Source of the DNA: a virus
Taxonomy: Duplodnaviria; Heunggongvirae; Uroviricota; Caudoviricetes
Virus record (IMG/VR): IMGVR_UViG_3300048591_000212
Length of the DNA: 64,000 nt
Direction: 5' to 3' (one strand)
This document shows positions 47,901 through 55,150 of this stretch, piece after piece. Every line of letters starts with the position of its first letter. Within the stretch, counting starts at the first letter, position 1. The translations under genes and the position numbers were made by a program. The notes under the pieces are model-generated. The model was not told the origin of the DNA. It was given only the letters and a program-made list of their open reading frames with translations, and ran no database searches.

Positions 47901-48301
47901 GCCCACGGCTCAGTGTTATGAATCACAATCGACGGAATTCCGAGAGGTACCAGAGTACCTTCTGGAAGAGAATAAATCCGAATTGGCAATGCGCCATGAT
48001 GCCACAACTGTTCAATATGATCCGTCTTCGGATTAGCCACACCCAGAGTCGCGGAGATGATCTCACGATACTGCCGAAGAATATTTCTCAAGTCTTCAGT
48101 GAAAAATAATTCATCGAACATTTCCTCAATTCGACGAAGCACACACTGAACCCCAAAATGGACAATCTTATTCACGCCATCAATTCGGCTGGAACGGGGC
48201 GTCCAATTCGAGAAAACCGTGGTTACGTTTTCTGGATACTGCTGGACGTGTCCGACCTTATAAAAGTCGATCATGAAAATAGGATTAATTTCTTTCATCA
48301 T
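44918..48301 (-). CDS. nicotinamide phosphoribosyltransferase-like (NAMPT/NadV or Namat) precursor interrupted by two inteins; extein 498 aa
   Basis: N-terminal signature IDFYKVGHVQQYP (NAPRTase family); 1127 aa vs ~490 expected; two insertions beginning with Cys after ...GGSVPA and ...KIVIRPD and ending ...VVRRNG(I/C)xxxSGN followed by Thr or Ser. Confidence 0.8.
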   Translation of the reverse strand: MMKEINPIFMIDFYKVGHVQQYPENVTTVFSNWTPRSSRIDGVNKIVHFGVQCVLRRIEEMFDELFFTEDLRNILRQYREIISATLGVANPKTDHIEQLWHHGALPIRIYSLPEGTLVPLGIPSIVIHNTEPWAFWLPNYLETMISNMLWKGMTSATIADRYKRLFEKWAILSGEKDLTFTKWQGHDFSYRGMSGLEDAVMSGMGHLLSFNGTDTIPAILGAVEYYGAEYSCGGSVPACFDKETELLTNSGFKKFDDLLETDLVAQYTIDGNIEFVSPTKYYKDRYKGKMYRFYKEGHRYIDICVTPNHKLVFLNKDRKIELKEASSQSVYNTKNKVVVSGNKIGGKETLSPLEKLKIAFQADGSYPSHAEDYTGERSGKFPIRFSFKKERKFKRLLSILSEIDDCVFTWTKYKDGYYSFWINLPEKLLKDFSWVNIVEVSSSWCRAFIEELQYWDGSRRKNHIIYSSTNQLNVEVVECLATLCNCKTKVSMYIDKREDYKRNPMHRITITLNKSVVTCHGIINEVFDYDDYVYCVSVPSKMIVVRRNGIIAISGNTEHSVMTSSAKYLPNGEVDEFEMFDRLINKVYPEGIVSIVSDSFDLWKVLTNYIPRLKDSILNRNGKIVIRPDCYDDKTEILTNRGFVLFKDLNEEDLVAEYNQDGTINFTKPIRYYESELESEQDMIHFRNDSHVDLLVTSNHRMVRTNGRGGVEVKEAENIKYFYEKDMIHSGVLVGKPKSLTSEERLLIAFQADGSFNTTGPKNKVRFNFTKQRKVDRMRKLLIESGFEYKETVEPARPRNTQFYVTLPNDAQKTFAWVFDMLNDISGVWAKEFIDELSNWDSCIRSENRIKYDTTVKINAEAVQLLATLAGYRTCSSEYDDTRKSYFSKVYTIHINKTSTSGGQSIKKAAVSYTGKVYCVQVNTGMIVVRRNGCVVVSGNSGDPVNIVCGDPNSSNENERKGVLRLLAEALGTTPGVDGGLPMINNAGVIYGDAITYERADAILDRMVNELKLSPYNMVFGIGSFTYEYVTRDTFGFAMKATAIEVNGDTIQPIFKDPITDDKKNSKKSIRGIPAVYRNENGELFVKQNATVSELENCAYDLVFDELIGSETNYITFDQIKENLENR
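45482..46414 (-). mobile_element. intein 2 (311 aa) with LAGLIDADG-type homing endonuclease domain, paralogous to intein 1
   Basis: Starts CYDDKTEILTNRG, contains LLIAFQADGSF, ends MIVVRRNGCVVVSGN | S. Confidence 0.7.
46634..47587 (-). mobile_element. intein 1 (318 aa) with LAGLIDADG-type homing endonuclease domain
   Basis: Starts CFDKETELLTNSG (Hint block A), contains LKIAFQADGSY (LAGLIDADG-like), ends MIVVRRNGIIAISGN | T. Confidence 0.7.
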
Positions 48302-48657
48302 TACTCCAAAATAATATTCATTCCATTAACTTCTCTATAGTCAATACAGATGAATTTCTCTTTTCCATTTACAATATAAGTGGGTCCAGCTTTCATATTC
48401 AGTGGAACCAAAACACTAAGAGGACGAGAAGAGGAGGGCGTGGTATATTCATCAACCAGAACAATCTTAAATAAGTTTAATATTCCGGAAATATTTGCGT
48501 AGGCTCGAACCTCTGCGTCTTCACGGACCTCATAAATCGTTCCCGTAAAGATTTGTCCAACGGAAACCTTAGACAAATCCATTCGGCGCTGGTCCACAAC
48601 TCTGATTTCATTACTCATCTTCGTCCTCTTCCTCTTCCTCATACCAGTCATCATCAT
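48301..48657 (-). CDS. hypothetical protein (118 aa)
   Basis: ORF track. Confidence 0.4.
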   Translation of the reverse strand: MMMTGMRKRKRTKMSNEIRVVDQRRMDLSKVSVGQIFTGTIYEVREDAEVRAYANISGILNLFKIVLVDEYTTPSSSRPLSVLVPLNMKAGPTYIVNGKEKFICIDYREVNGMNIILE

Positions 48658-48874
48658 CGTCTTCTTCGTCGTCGGGACCGAAGCCGCCGTTTACGCAATA
48701 AGAAGAAATCGTCGCCAGAAGATTATCATAGTCTCCACTCATGGCTTCGATTTTGACTTCATCAATTTCATCCGGTGTCCAACCAGCACGCTTTGCTTCT
48801 CGTTGAAATGCTCCCAGAATAGCAAAAGCATTTCCATCCATGCCGACAAGTTCAAGATTCACTTCGTTTTTCAT
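48611..48874 (-). CDS. small acidic protein (87 aa)
   Basis: ORF track; SD AAAGGTAATT before ATG; poly-acidic C-terminus. Confidence 0.4.
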   Translation of the reverse strand: MKNEVNLELVGMDGNAFAILGAFQREAKRAGWTPDEIDEVKIEAMSGDYDNLLATISSYCVNGGFGPDDEEDDDDDWYEEEEEDEDE

Positions 48875-48928
48875 AATTACCTTTCTTCTTTAATTGAAAT
48901 CGGGTACTTTAATAGATACTGGAGATTT

Positions 48929-49234
48929 TCATCGCATACTACCTAAGATACTTTCCAACATCTCTTTCTGACCGCCAAGGTGAGCCATTTTCAGCATTGT
49001 AATTAGTTCTTCTTCAGAGATATCGGGAGAAAAACTGCCACCATCAAGATATTTCTTCATCGTCGAAGAGAGTTCCTTAAAATCTTCTTGGATACTCCGC
49101 TCAAGAATCTTTATGGCACCCTCAATTCTACTTTTATATAAGAGAACCTGATCGGCCATTAGAATAACTCCCCAACGTCCTGAAGATATTGTTTCATTTT
49201 GGTTAATTCCTGAATTTTGGCATCCGTCGTACAA
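48929..49234 (-). CDS. hypothetical protein (101 aa)
   Basis: ORF track. Confidence 0.4.
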   Translation of the reverse strand: MYDGCQNSGINQNETISSGRWGVILMADQVLLYKSRIEGAIKILERSIQEDFKELSSTMKKYLDGGSFSPDISEEELITMLKMAHLGGQKEMLESILGSMR

Positions 49235-49386
49235 ATCATACCGAACATGACAGTTTCATCTCCACTAAAGAGATCTTTACGACCATCAAATGAATTGGAA
49301 TACTCCTCAATCAACTTGTTGAGGGCAGCAATCTCTTCATCAATCCACTCAATCTTCTTCTGATACGGATTACTCTTCATTACCAA
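49159..49386 (-). CDS. hypothetical protein (75 aa)
   Basis: ORF track. Confidence 0.4.
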   Translation of the reverse strand: MVMKSNPYQKKIEWIDEEIAALNKLIEEYSNSFDGRKDLFSGDETVMFGMICTTDAKIQELTKMKQYLQDVGELF

Positions 49387-49712
49387 TTCCTAAAGTCCTT
49401 TCTGGAATAAACCACGCTCAAATCCTCGCTCTTCGGTGTACGACCAACATGGTAGCCATCACACCATCGGCACTTGTACGGAACATAAGAACCACGAGGC
49501 CGAATCACTTCTTGACGATAGGCTCCGATAGTAGCCAAAGCCTTCGTCGGGTACTTATGCTTTTTCGAACAAGAATAGTAGGCATCAAAGACACCATCCT
49601 TCTGTAGTCGGTCAAATAGATCGAGAGCGTCCCGGTCAGAGAGACAATCGATATGAATACCTAGAACAGAGAGATGACGCTTGGCCCGCTGTCCAGCAGT
49701 TTCTTTCTCCAT
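49380..49712 (-). CDS. hypothetical Cys/His-containing protein (110 aa), predicted leaderless
   Basis: ORF track; ATG 6 nt after -10 (TACCAT) of promoter with perfect TTGACA. Confidence 0.45.
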   Translation of the reverse strand: MEKETAGQRAKRHLSVLGIHIDCLSDRDALDLFDRLQKDGVFDAYYSCSKKHKYPTKALATIGAYRQEVIRPRGSYVPYKCRWCDGYHVGRTPKSEDLSVVYSRKDFRNW

Positions 49713-49719
49713 ACTTCTA

Positions 49720-49748
49720 TGGTATCAGATTCATGAGTGAATGTCAAG
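49720..49748 (-). promoter_or_regulatory. early promoter TTGACA-N17-TACCAT, ATG at +7
   Basis: Minus strand: TTGACAttcactcatgaatctgaTACCATagaagtATGGAG. Confidence 0.45.
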
Positions 49749-50049
49749 CCCCGCCAAGAAGTTTTTCTGCGGCCTCTACAATCTGACAAACATCATCAAG
49801 ATCCAGATCCTTTCGAAGCGCATCACTGGCACCAGCAGCATAGGCCATCAGAAGCTCGGCCTGAATGTCGGGGACAGCATCAGGAACGTCCCTAGCGATC
49901 TCTTCATAGCGATTGATAATATTTTGAATATCAACAGATTCGGTCTTCAGACTTGGCCTTGGCGCAGGAGGAGGACACACCGGACGAACCAAAGGGGGAT
50001 AGCCACCGTCAGCATCAATCGGAAGAACCTTTTTGACAGTAAAATCCAT
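49744..50049 (-). CDS. hypothetical protein (101 aa)
   Basis: ORF track. Confidence 0.45.
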   Translation of the reverse strand: MDFTVKKVLPIDADGGYPPLVRPVCPPPAPRPSLKTESVDIQNIINRYEEIARDVPDAVPDIQAELLMAYAAGASDALRKDLDLDDVCQIVEAAEKLLGGA

Positions 50050-50085
50050 TGTAATACTCCTCCATTCAAAAATATAGTGTCATAG

Positions 50086-50161
50086 TAGTCCGCCTCGGAC
50101 TCGAACCGAGAATGCCTCCTGAATGTAAATCAGGCGCTCTAACCAATTGAGCTAACGGACT
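50086..50161 (-). tRNA. tRNA-Val (anticodon UAC)
   Basis: Acceptor AGTCCGT/GCGGACT, D-arm GCTC AATTGGTTA GAGC, anticodon stem CCTGA/TCAGG loop UUUACAU, T-arm CTCGGTTCGAGTCCGAG; TATAAT -10 4-5 nt upstream of 5' end. Confidence 0.75.
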
Positions 50162-50166
50162 ATAAA

Positions 50167-50397
50167 TTATAACTGAAACGGAAAATTGAGACAGGAGGGA
50201 AAATTTTCCTCAACGACTCTGACATCCAGTTGTTTAGTATTTCTGATAGCTTCTACTCGAATTATTTCCACCTGTTCATCAGAAAGTTCCATATTGGATT
50301 CAATAACACTGATTTGATCTTTGAATATGCGGCGGCACTTCAGACATATTCCGACCGCATTTACTGTCCCCGAATATTTGTACATATTAATCTCCAT
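50167..50397 (-). CDS. hypothetical protein (76 aa)
   Basis: ORF track. Confidence 0.35.
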   Translation of the reverse strand: MEINMYKYSGTVNAVGICLKCRRIFKDQISVIESNMELSDEQVEIIRVEAIRNTKQLDVRVVEENFPSCLNFPFQL

Positions 50398-50599
50398 CCA
50401 ATAAAACTAAATTTGATTCCGGTTCCCAGAAATAATCAGGCCAAGGATTAACTTGCGAACGCACAAACCAAGTCTTCTCTGTACGAAGACCGACGTGGAC
50501 AAGCGGGCCTTCACAAATGACGTAACCAGTCCGACCCCGATTTTTCGAATCTGTGGACTCTCTGACCATAACATCGTCATGAATTTTGATATTTTTCAT
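50387..50599 (-). CDS. hypothetical protein (70 aa)
   Basis: ORF track. Confidence 0.35.
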   Translation of the reverse strand: MKNIKIHDDVMVRESTDSKNRGRTGYVICEGPLVHVGLRTEKTWFVRSQVNPWPDYFWEPESNLVLLDGD

Positions 50600-50608
50600 T
50601 TATTTCTC

Positions 50609-51064
50609 CTATGCTAGCGGAAAAGACTTCAACCAAGCAATAAATTCGAGAATACACATCGCATCATGAGTACCACGCTTAGACACTCGCATAATTTTCA
50701 TAGCCTTCTCTTCATCATAGAGCCAATTGGGAAGAATGATACCAACTGCCGTCAATGCCCCATTCAGGGATTGCTCGTCCTCATAAAAAGATGCCATTGG
50801 AATACATGACTCAGAAAAACGAAAACACTTCGACAGATATCCATTGCTAAAAAATTCAGTGATATGATCACGAATCCCCTTCAGGCTGGCACAGTTGCCT
50901 CCATTCAGGACTATAATGGTCTTATGATCAGCGGCCCACTCAGTAAACACGGTAACATCAATTTCGTTTCGTTCTTGAAACGCCATCTCAGAAACAACAT
51001 GAGCGGTCTGAATTCCGCGCTGAATGTCCGACAGGTACATATTCGTAAAGCTATACAATCTCAT
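50609..51064 (-). CDS. hypothetical protein (151 aa)
   Basis: ORF track; weak resemblance to small hydrolase folds, not assignable. Confidence 0.45.
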   Translation of the reverse strand: MRLYSFTNMYLSDIQRGIQTAHVVSEMAFQERNEIDVTVFTEWAADHKTIIVLNGGNCASLKGIRDHITEFFSNGYLSKCFRFSESCIPMASFYEDEQSLNGALTAVGIILPNWLYDEEKAMKIMRVSKRGTHDAMCILEFIAWLKSFPLA

Positions 51065-51073
51065 TATTTGCCT

Positions 51074-51331
51074 CTATTCTTCCCACAATTCATATTCACG
51101 CAAGTCACTCTCAAAAACCCACACCACAGGAAATATCGAAACGTCCTTGCCGCCAGAATACAACTCAACGAGCCACGTCATCTTGTTTTCTTCGTGTGGA
51201 CCATAATATGACCGGGGGCCGAGACCCACAACTTCACCAACTTCACCATTCAGCGGACCAGCAGCAACCCCCTCAATAATCACTCGATCACCGTACTTGA
51301 ATTTCAATTTCATAAATTCCTCCCTCACCAT
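51074..51331 (-). CDS. hypothetical protein (85 aa)
   Basis: ORF track. Confidence 0.4.
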   Translation of the reverse strand: MVREEFMKLKFKYGDRVIIEGVAAGPLNGEVGEVVGLGPRSYYGPHEENKMTWLVELYSGGKDVSIFPVVWVFESDLREYELWEE

Positions 51332-51341
51332 TATTTAGATG

Positions 51342-51418
51342 TGGAGTCCCCTGTAGGAGTCGAACCTACTAAGAGCGACTTTGCAGGTCGCCGCCTCCAC
51401 CACTTCGGCATAGAGGAC
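51342..51418 (-). tRNA. tRNA-Cys (anticodon GCA)
   Basis: Acceptor GTCCTCT/AGGGGAC, anticodon stem GCGAC/GTCGC loop CUGCAAA, T-arm GTAGGTTCGACTCCTAC, discriminator U + CCA; 3-bp D-stem. Confidence 0.75.
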
Positions 51419-51427
51419 AATTAAAAA

Positions 51428-51985
51428 CTAAACAGCAGCCATAGTCTTACTGTTCATTCTCGACCAAAAAACCTTTCCGAAAACTGGACCGCCGTCAACA
51501 ATTCCTTTCGGAATATTCGCGAGATATTTACCGTACCTCACTCCATAGTGAGTGTCTTCCTTGCCGGGGGCGGGTGACAGAAAAGGAACATACTTTTTCA
51601 TTCCATCGGACCAACGAACAAACTTTTTGGCAAAGGCAATCGCATAAGATGCCAAACACTGCTCCATTTTCTCCTGACAGCGATCATTCCAGACCAGAGC
51701 ATTATCCATCGCCCACTCCCAAGCAAAGATTTCCCGATCCTGTTTGCTGGTGTTTTCGGTATCCATAATATGACCGATCTCATGAAGGGCCACCACATAG
51801 GAGATAACCGAAGAAATCTTTCCGACCTGAATCTTTCTCGTCCTCATCCATGCCCGACCCCTACCCGAAACACCGGACTCGAAGATTTCAATGTCATGTT
51901 CCTTACATAGTTCAAGAATGTGCCAGCGCATAAAACTCTTGGAAACTTCAGTTGTCTTCGTCTTCGTCTTCGTCTTCGTCATCAT
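51428..51985 (-). CDS. HExxH metallopeptidase-like protein (185 aa) with N-terminal (TK)n repeat
   Basis: VALHEIGHIMD zinc-binding motif; N-terminal MMTKTKTKTKTT encoded by (cgtctt)n microsatellite. Confidence 0.5.
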   Translation of the reverse strand: MMTKTKTKTKTTEVSKSFMRWHILELCKEHDIEIFESGVSGRGRAWMRTRKIQVGKISSVISYVVALHEIGHIMDTENTSKQDREIFAWEWAMDNALVWNDRCQEKMEQCLASYAIAFAKKFVRWSDGMKKYVPFLSPAPGKEDTHYGVRYGKYLANIPKGIVDGGPVFGKVFWSRMNSKTMAAV

Positions 51986-51994
51986 TACTCTTTC

Positions 51995-52023
51995 AGTATA
52001 ACAGGTAGAGAGGAGCTTGTCAA
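51995..52023 (-). promoter_or_regulatory. early promoter TTGACA-N17-TATACT, ATG ~9 nt downstream
   Basis: Minus strand: TTGACAagctcctctctacctgtTATACTgaaagagtaATGATG. Confidence 0.5.
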
Positions 52024-52042
52024 GAGTCTCCCAAAAAATTTC

Positions 52043-52240
52043 TTAGAAGGTTGCCCGCATCACATCAACAGCAGCCAGAGTCAAAGTCGGATGATTCCGC
52101 CCAACACATTCCTCTTTATACCAAGCAGAGTAGGTCTTGGTGTCCTTGTTATAGATGACATATCCTTGAGCAATCGAACGATACAGAACGCCGAACACGA
52201 TAGTATCTTCCGTTTCGTACACAACAACATTCTTCGTCAT
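52043..52240 (-). CDS. hypothetical protein (65 aa), predicted leaderless
   Basis: ORF track; ATG 6 nt after -10. Confidence 0.45.
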   Translation of the reverse strand: MTKNVVVYETEDTIVFGVLYRSIAQGYVIYNKDTKTYSAWYKEECVGRNHPTLTLAAVDVMRATF

Positions 52241-52246
52241 GTCTAC

Positions 52247-52275
52247 ATGATAGCAGACGAGGAAGAACTTGTCAA
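52247..52275 (-). promoter_or_regulatory. early promoter TTGACA-N17-TATCAT, ATG at +7
   Basis: Minus strand: TTGACAagttcttcctcgtctgcTATCATgtagacATGACG. Confidence 0.5.
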
Positions 52276-52850
52276 GTCATAAACGAAAAAAATTCTTTAG
52301 TGAAGGCTTGCTTATACTTATCCAAGTTCCCACGAACATAAACTTTTCTTATATCCGATCCCTTGTAATGTGTATAAGAAAATTTTATACTTCGGTGGTA
52401 CTTGTTCACCACGTCACCGGACGGCAGCACCACATTCAGATTCTTCTCAATATGTTCTGCCAGTTTTCCGACATAATCAAATTCGAGAATGTATAGAAGA
52501 TCGGCCCGAAAGAAACAGGACACTAAGATTTTGTAGTTGTTGTCGATTAGATTCTGGTGTCTCTTGTGAGTGAAATCTGAAAAACTTCCATAGCCATTGA
52601 TCTTCTTTGTGGATCTTTCATCATAATAGGAAGTCTTTATCTCAACAAATCTGCCTTTCTTATCCTTAGCATCAAAGGATAATTTAGTATCATTATGAAT
52701 TATACCACACACCGAACAAGTAACTCTCTCCCGAATCTCATGTGATAAAAAAGAAAGCTGAATTAATTTATCTAGATTCTCTGGCTGTGTTACAAATTCT
52801 TGTGTCTGACCTTTTGAATAATTGGAAAGCTGTTTGAATAGTCTAGTCAT
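52272..52850 (-). CDS. hypothetical protein (192 aa), possible PD-(D/E)XK-like nuclease
   Basis: FDAKDKKGRFVEIKTS resembles a D...ExK catalytic core; weak. Confidence 0.4.
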   Translation of the reverse strand: MTRLFKQLSNYSKGQTQEFVTQPENLDKLIQLSFLSHEIRERVTCSVCGIIHNDTKLSFDAKDKKGRFVEIKTSYYDERSTKKINGYGSFSDFTHKRHQNLIDNNYKILVSCFFRADLLYILEFDYVGKLAEHIEKNLNVVLPSGDVVNKYHRSIKFSYTHYKGSDIRKVYVRGNLDKYKQAFTKEFFSFMT

Positions 52851-53113
52851 AGTTGGCGAATCTTTACTCTTGGAGTCTTCGGCTCAATTCTATAATCCAC
52901 AGAAAAAAACAAATCTCTGAGAGAAATAAGTTCGGCCCGCTGCAATCTATAACTTATATCAGAATTATCGGAATCAGAATAATGTTTTCGAATTATGTTT
53001 TCTAAGCAAAGTGCATTATAGAAACAATCGTCACCACGCACAAAGACCCCCGGCCAGTCTTCTTCACCATTTTCATGAACGCAAACAACTGAACCAGTCT
53101 CAAGTCTTTTCAT
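52847..53113 (-). CDS. hypothetical protein (88 aa)
   Basis: ORF track. Confidence 0.4.
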   Translation of the reverse strand: MKRLETGSVVCVHENGEEDWPGVFVRGDDCFYNALCLENIIRKHYSDSDNSDISYRLQRAELISLRDLFFSVDYRIEPKTPRVKIRQL

Positions 53114-53468
53114 TCAATTTTCTCTCCACTTCTTCATCAATCGCTCTATACTCTAATCTTTCTCGAAAGATTCTGTTGCTCCACTTGTCTTCCGAATATT
53201 TGGAATCATATTCGATAGGAAATTCTGGGTTATCTATTAAAGCATCCTCGAAAGAAAAACTTTCCAATACAATCTTTTTTCCTTCTGATAATACAGTAAA
53301 AGATTCTGGATATGAATCATACTTTGGATTCATCTTGAATGCACACCCATCCCAATACATCTCGGTTGTATATGGCTTGAAAAAATCCACGGCCCCTTCT
53401 ATGAAAACTTCTGTCTCTCCTGTTGGATCTACTTCTTGTAAATATGCAATAAGTTCTTTTGATTTCAT
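53100..53468 (-). CDS. hypothetical protein (122 aa)
   Basis: ORF track. Confidence 0.4.
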   Translation of the reverse strand: MKSKELIAYLQEVDPTGETEVFIEGAVDFFKPYTTEMYWDGCAFKMNPKYDSYPESFTVLSEGKKIVLESFSFEDALIDNPEFPIEYDSKYSEDKWSNRIFRERLEYRAIDEEVERKLNEKT

Positions 53469-53683
53469 TAAATTTTTTCCTTTTCCAAACTCATGATCTC
53501 ATTTACGATCAGGCGAGAATATCTGTGCATAAGGTGAAGCTGATCATAGGGAGAAGCAGCCTTTTCTAATTCCCCAACAAGTTCACCAATTATATGAAAG
53601 GATTCAAAATATGGGCAAAATTCTAAACCCCAATCCCTTTTTTCAAAATCCTTTTCGGTTCTTAGTTCCTGTCTTTTTGCCAT
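53468..53683 (-). CDS. hypothetical protein (71 aa)
   Basis: ORF track. Confidence 0.4.
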   Translation of the reverse strand: MAKRQELRTEKDFEKRDWGLEFCPYFESFHIIGELVGELEKAASPYDQLHLMHRYSRLIVNEIMSLEKEKI

Positions 53684-54147
53684 ATAACCTTCATCGTATC
53701 AAGAATTTTCACTAAATTGTAATGAGTGAATCCAATTTCCACTAAATTGTAATGAGTGAATTCAGAAGAAAAATTGGGCACAACACTTGAATGAACCAGA
53801 TCAAACCAATACGGATGCTTTCGAAATACTCTTGAAATAGAAACCTGATTTGGTGGTCCGATATAAAACACTGGCTTATTCTGAACAAGAGCGGCACCGA
53901 CTTCCATGAGGGCACCCTTCAGAAATTCTTCATCATCATTTGAGAAGAGAATAACGAAATCACAATCTATTAATTCTCGAAAACAACAAAGAGTAAGATC
54001 CTCATAATCAGAGGTTTGTCCCTCTTCGGCCTCATGAATCCAGCTTGAGATCACGTTCATATTATATAGCTCAAGAATTTCTGTTTTCATCTCAAGCCAC
54101 ATCGGAGCGTACTTTACCTTAGATGCTACATATACTTTATATTTCAT
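53662..54147 (-). CDS. nucleoside 2-deoxyribosyltransferase-like (Rossmann, NDT/LOG-like) protein with in-frame 10-aa tandem duplication
   Basis: YKVYVASKV...EAEEGQTSD...GAALVQNKPVFYIG pattern; C-terminal FTHYNLVEIG/FTHYNLVKIL from a 30-bp direct repeat. Confidence 0.5.
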   Translation of the reverse strand: MKYKVYVASKVKYAPMWLEMKTEILELYNMNVISSWIHEAEEGQTSDYEDLTLCCFRELIDCDFVILFSNDDEEFLKGALMEVGAALVQNKPVFYIGPPNQVSISRVFRKHPYWFDLVHSSVVPNFSSEFTHYNLVEIGFTHYNLVKILDTMKVIWQKDRN

Positions 54148-54304
54148 AATTTAATATCAATTCCAAATGAACAAACATCACATCTCAAAAACAAATCACC
54201 ATAACAATGTCTCATTTCTCGGTGACAGTCACGACAATATCAAACCTTTTTACAGTTGTCTATTCCATCCACGTCACAGGTGCATTCTTCAACGATTTCT
54301 TCTT

Positions 54305-54460
54305 TCATGAATCAATTCCATCAATCCAGTATTGGTAATTACACTCTTCACAATAGTAATGAATATCCTCAAAGGCACCATCTGAGGATTCGACAATTTT
54401 ATGTCTGAGGGGAATTCTACAATCAGGGCAGTATTTTACGTCACATGAATCAATTATCAT
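54305..54460 (-). CDS. small zinc-ribbon protein (~51 aa)
   Basis: MIIDSCDVKYCPDCRIP...YYCEECNYQYW (CxxC...CxxC); ATGA overlap with HNH gene stop; not in track. Confidence 0.3.
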   Translation of the reverse strand: MIIDSCDVKYCPDCRIPLRHKIVESSDGAFEDIHYYCEECNYQYWIDGIDS

Positions 54461-54993
54461 AACTTAACCCACTTTCTGATAGCATTATCCGAAACACCAT
54501 ATTTTTTTCCAACAGCAACAAACCCCATTTCTTCAATCTCTTTCATCAAAACATCTAAATCTGGGCGCGAAACTTTTCTGTGTAGTATTCCTTTACATTT
54601 AGGAGAACAGGTTTTTTTATGTTTAGATTTAGATTTTCCACACACACAACAATTATCAAATTCATATTTTTTAAAACATTTATCATACGATACAAAACTT
54701 TCATCAAATTTATTGTATTTGTCCGGCAAAACAGCAATATTGGCGTGTAGTAATCTATGACAATTGGCACACAATAAAACACACTTTCTTAATTCTCTTA
54801 CTATTCTATCCCAAGATATAGCTGCTGCGCGAATCGATCCTAATGTGAATTCTTTTTGTGTCGGATCTATGTGGTGTAAATCAAATACATTAAAATGCTC
54901 ATTGTAACCACAAATTACGCATTCTCCTCCCATAGATTCTACTATTCGTTGTTTTGTTGTTTGTCTCCATTTTTTTACATCTTTATATGGCAT
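54457..54993 (-). CDS. HNH homing endonuclease with C-terminal HTH
   Basis: GGECVICGY...DLHHID...CANCHRLLH (HNH core) plus zinc-finger-like CCVCGKSKSKHKKTCSPKC. Confidence 0.75.
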   Translation of the reverse strand: MPYKDVKKWRQTTKQRIVESMGGECVICGYNEHFNVFDLHHIDPTQKEFTLGSIRAAAISWDRIVRELRKCVLLCANCHRLLHANIAVLPDKYNKFDESFVSYDKCFKKYEFDNCCVCGKSKSKHKKTCSPKCKGILHRKVSRPDLDVLMKEIEEMGFVAVGKKYGVSDNAIRKWVKL

Positions 54994-55058
54994 ATCTAAC
55001 CTCTGTTAAATACTTATCATTTTTCGATTTTCTATTTAACAGAGGTTCGAAATCCAAA

Positions 55059-55145
55059 TGGTAGCTTCGGTAGGACTCGAACCTACACGTCCGCGAGGAC
55101 AACAGGGCCTAAACCTGTCGCGTCTGCCAGTTCCGCCACGAAGCC
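55059..55145 (-). tRNA. tRNA-Leu (anticodon UAG), type II
   Basis: Acceptor GGCTTCG/CGAAGCT, D-arm GCG GAACTGGCAGA CGC, anticodon stem ACAGG/CCTGT loop UUUAGGC, variable arm GUCC-UCGC-GGAC, T-arm GTAGGTTCGAGTCCTAC, ACCA end. Confidence 0.8.
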
Positions 55146-55150
55146 ACAAA

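Noticed and set aside
53709-53760. Direct repeat considered as a possible CRISPR or array remnant
   Set aside because: Only two copies, in-frame inside a coding region, no spacer-like unique segments. No CRISPR array is present in the window.
55040-55058. GGTTCGAAATCC motif resembling a T-arm just downstream of tRNA-Leu
   Set aside because: 8-nt loop, no flanking acceptor or anticodon structure; most likely chance or a remnant
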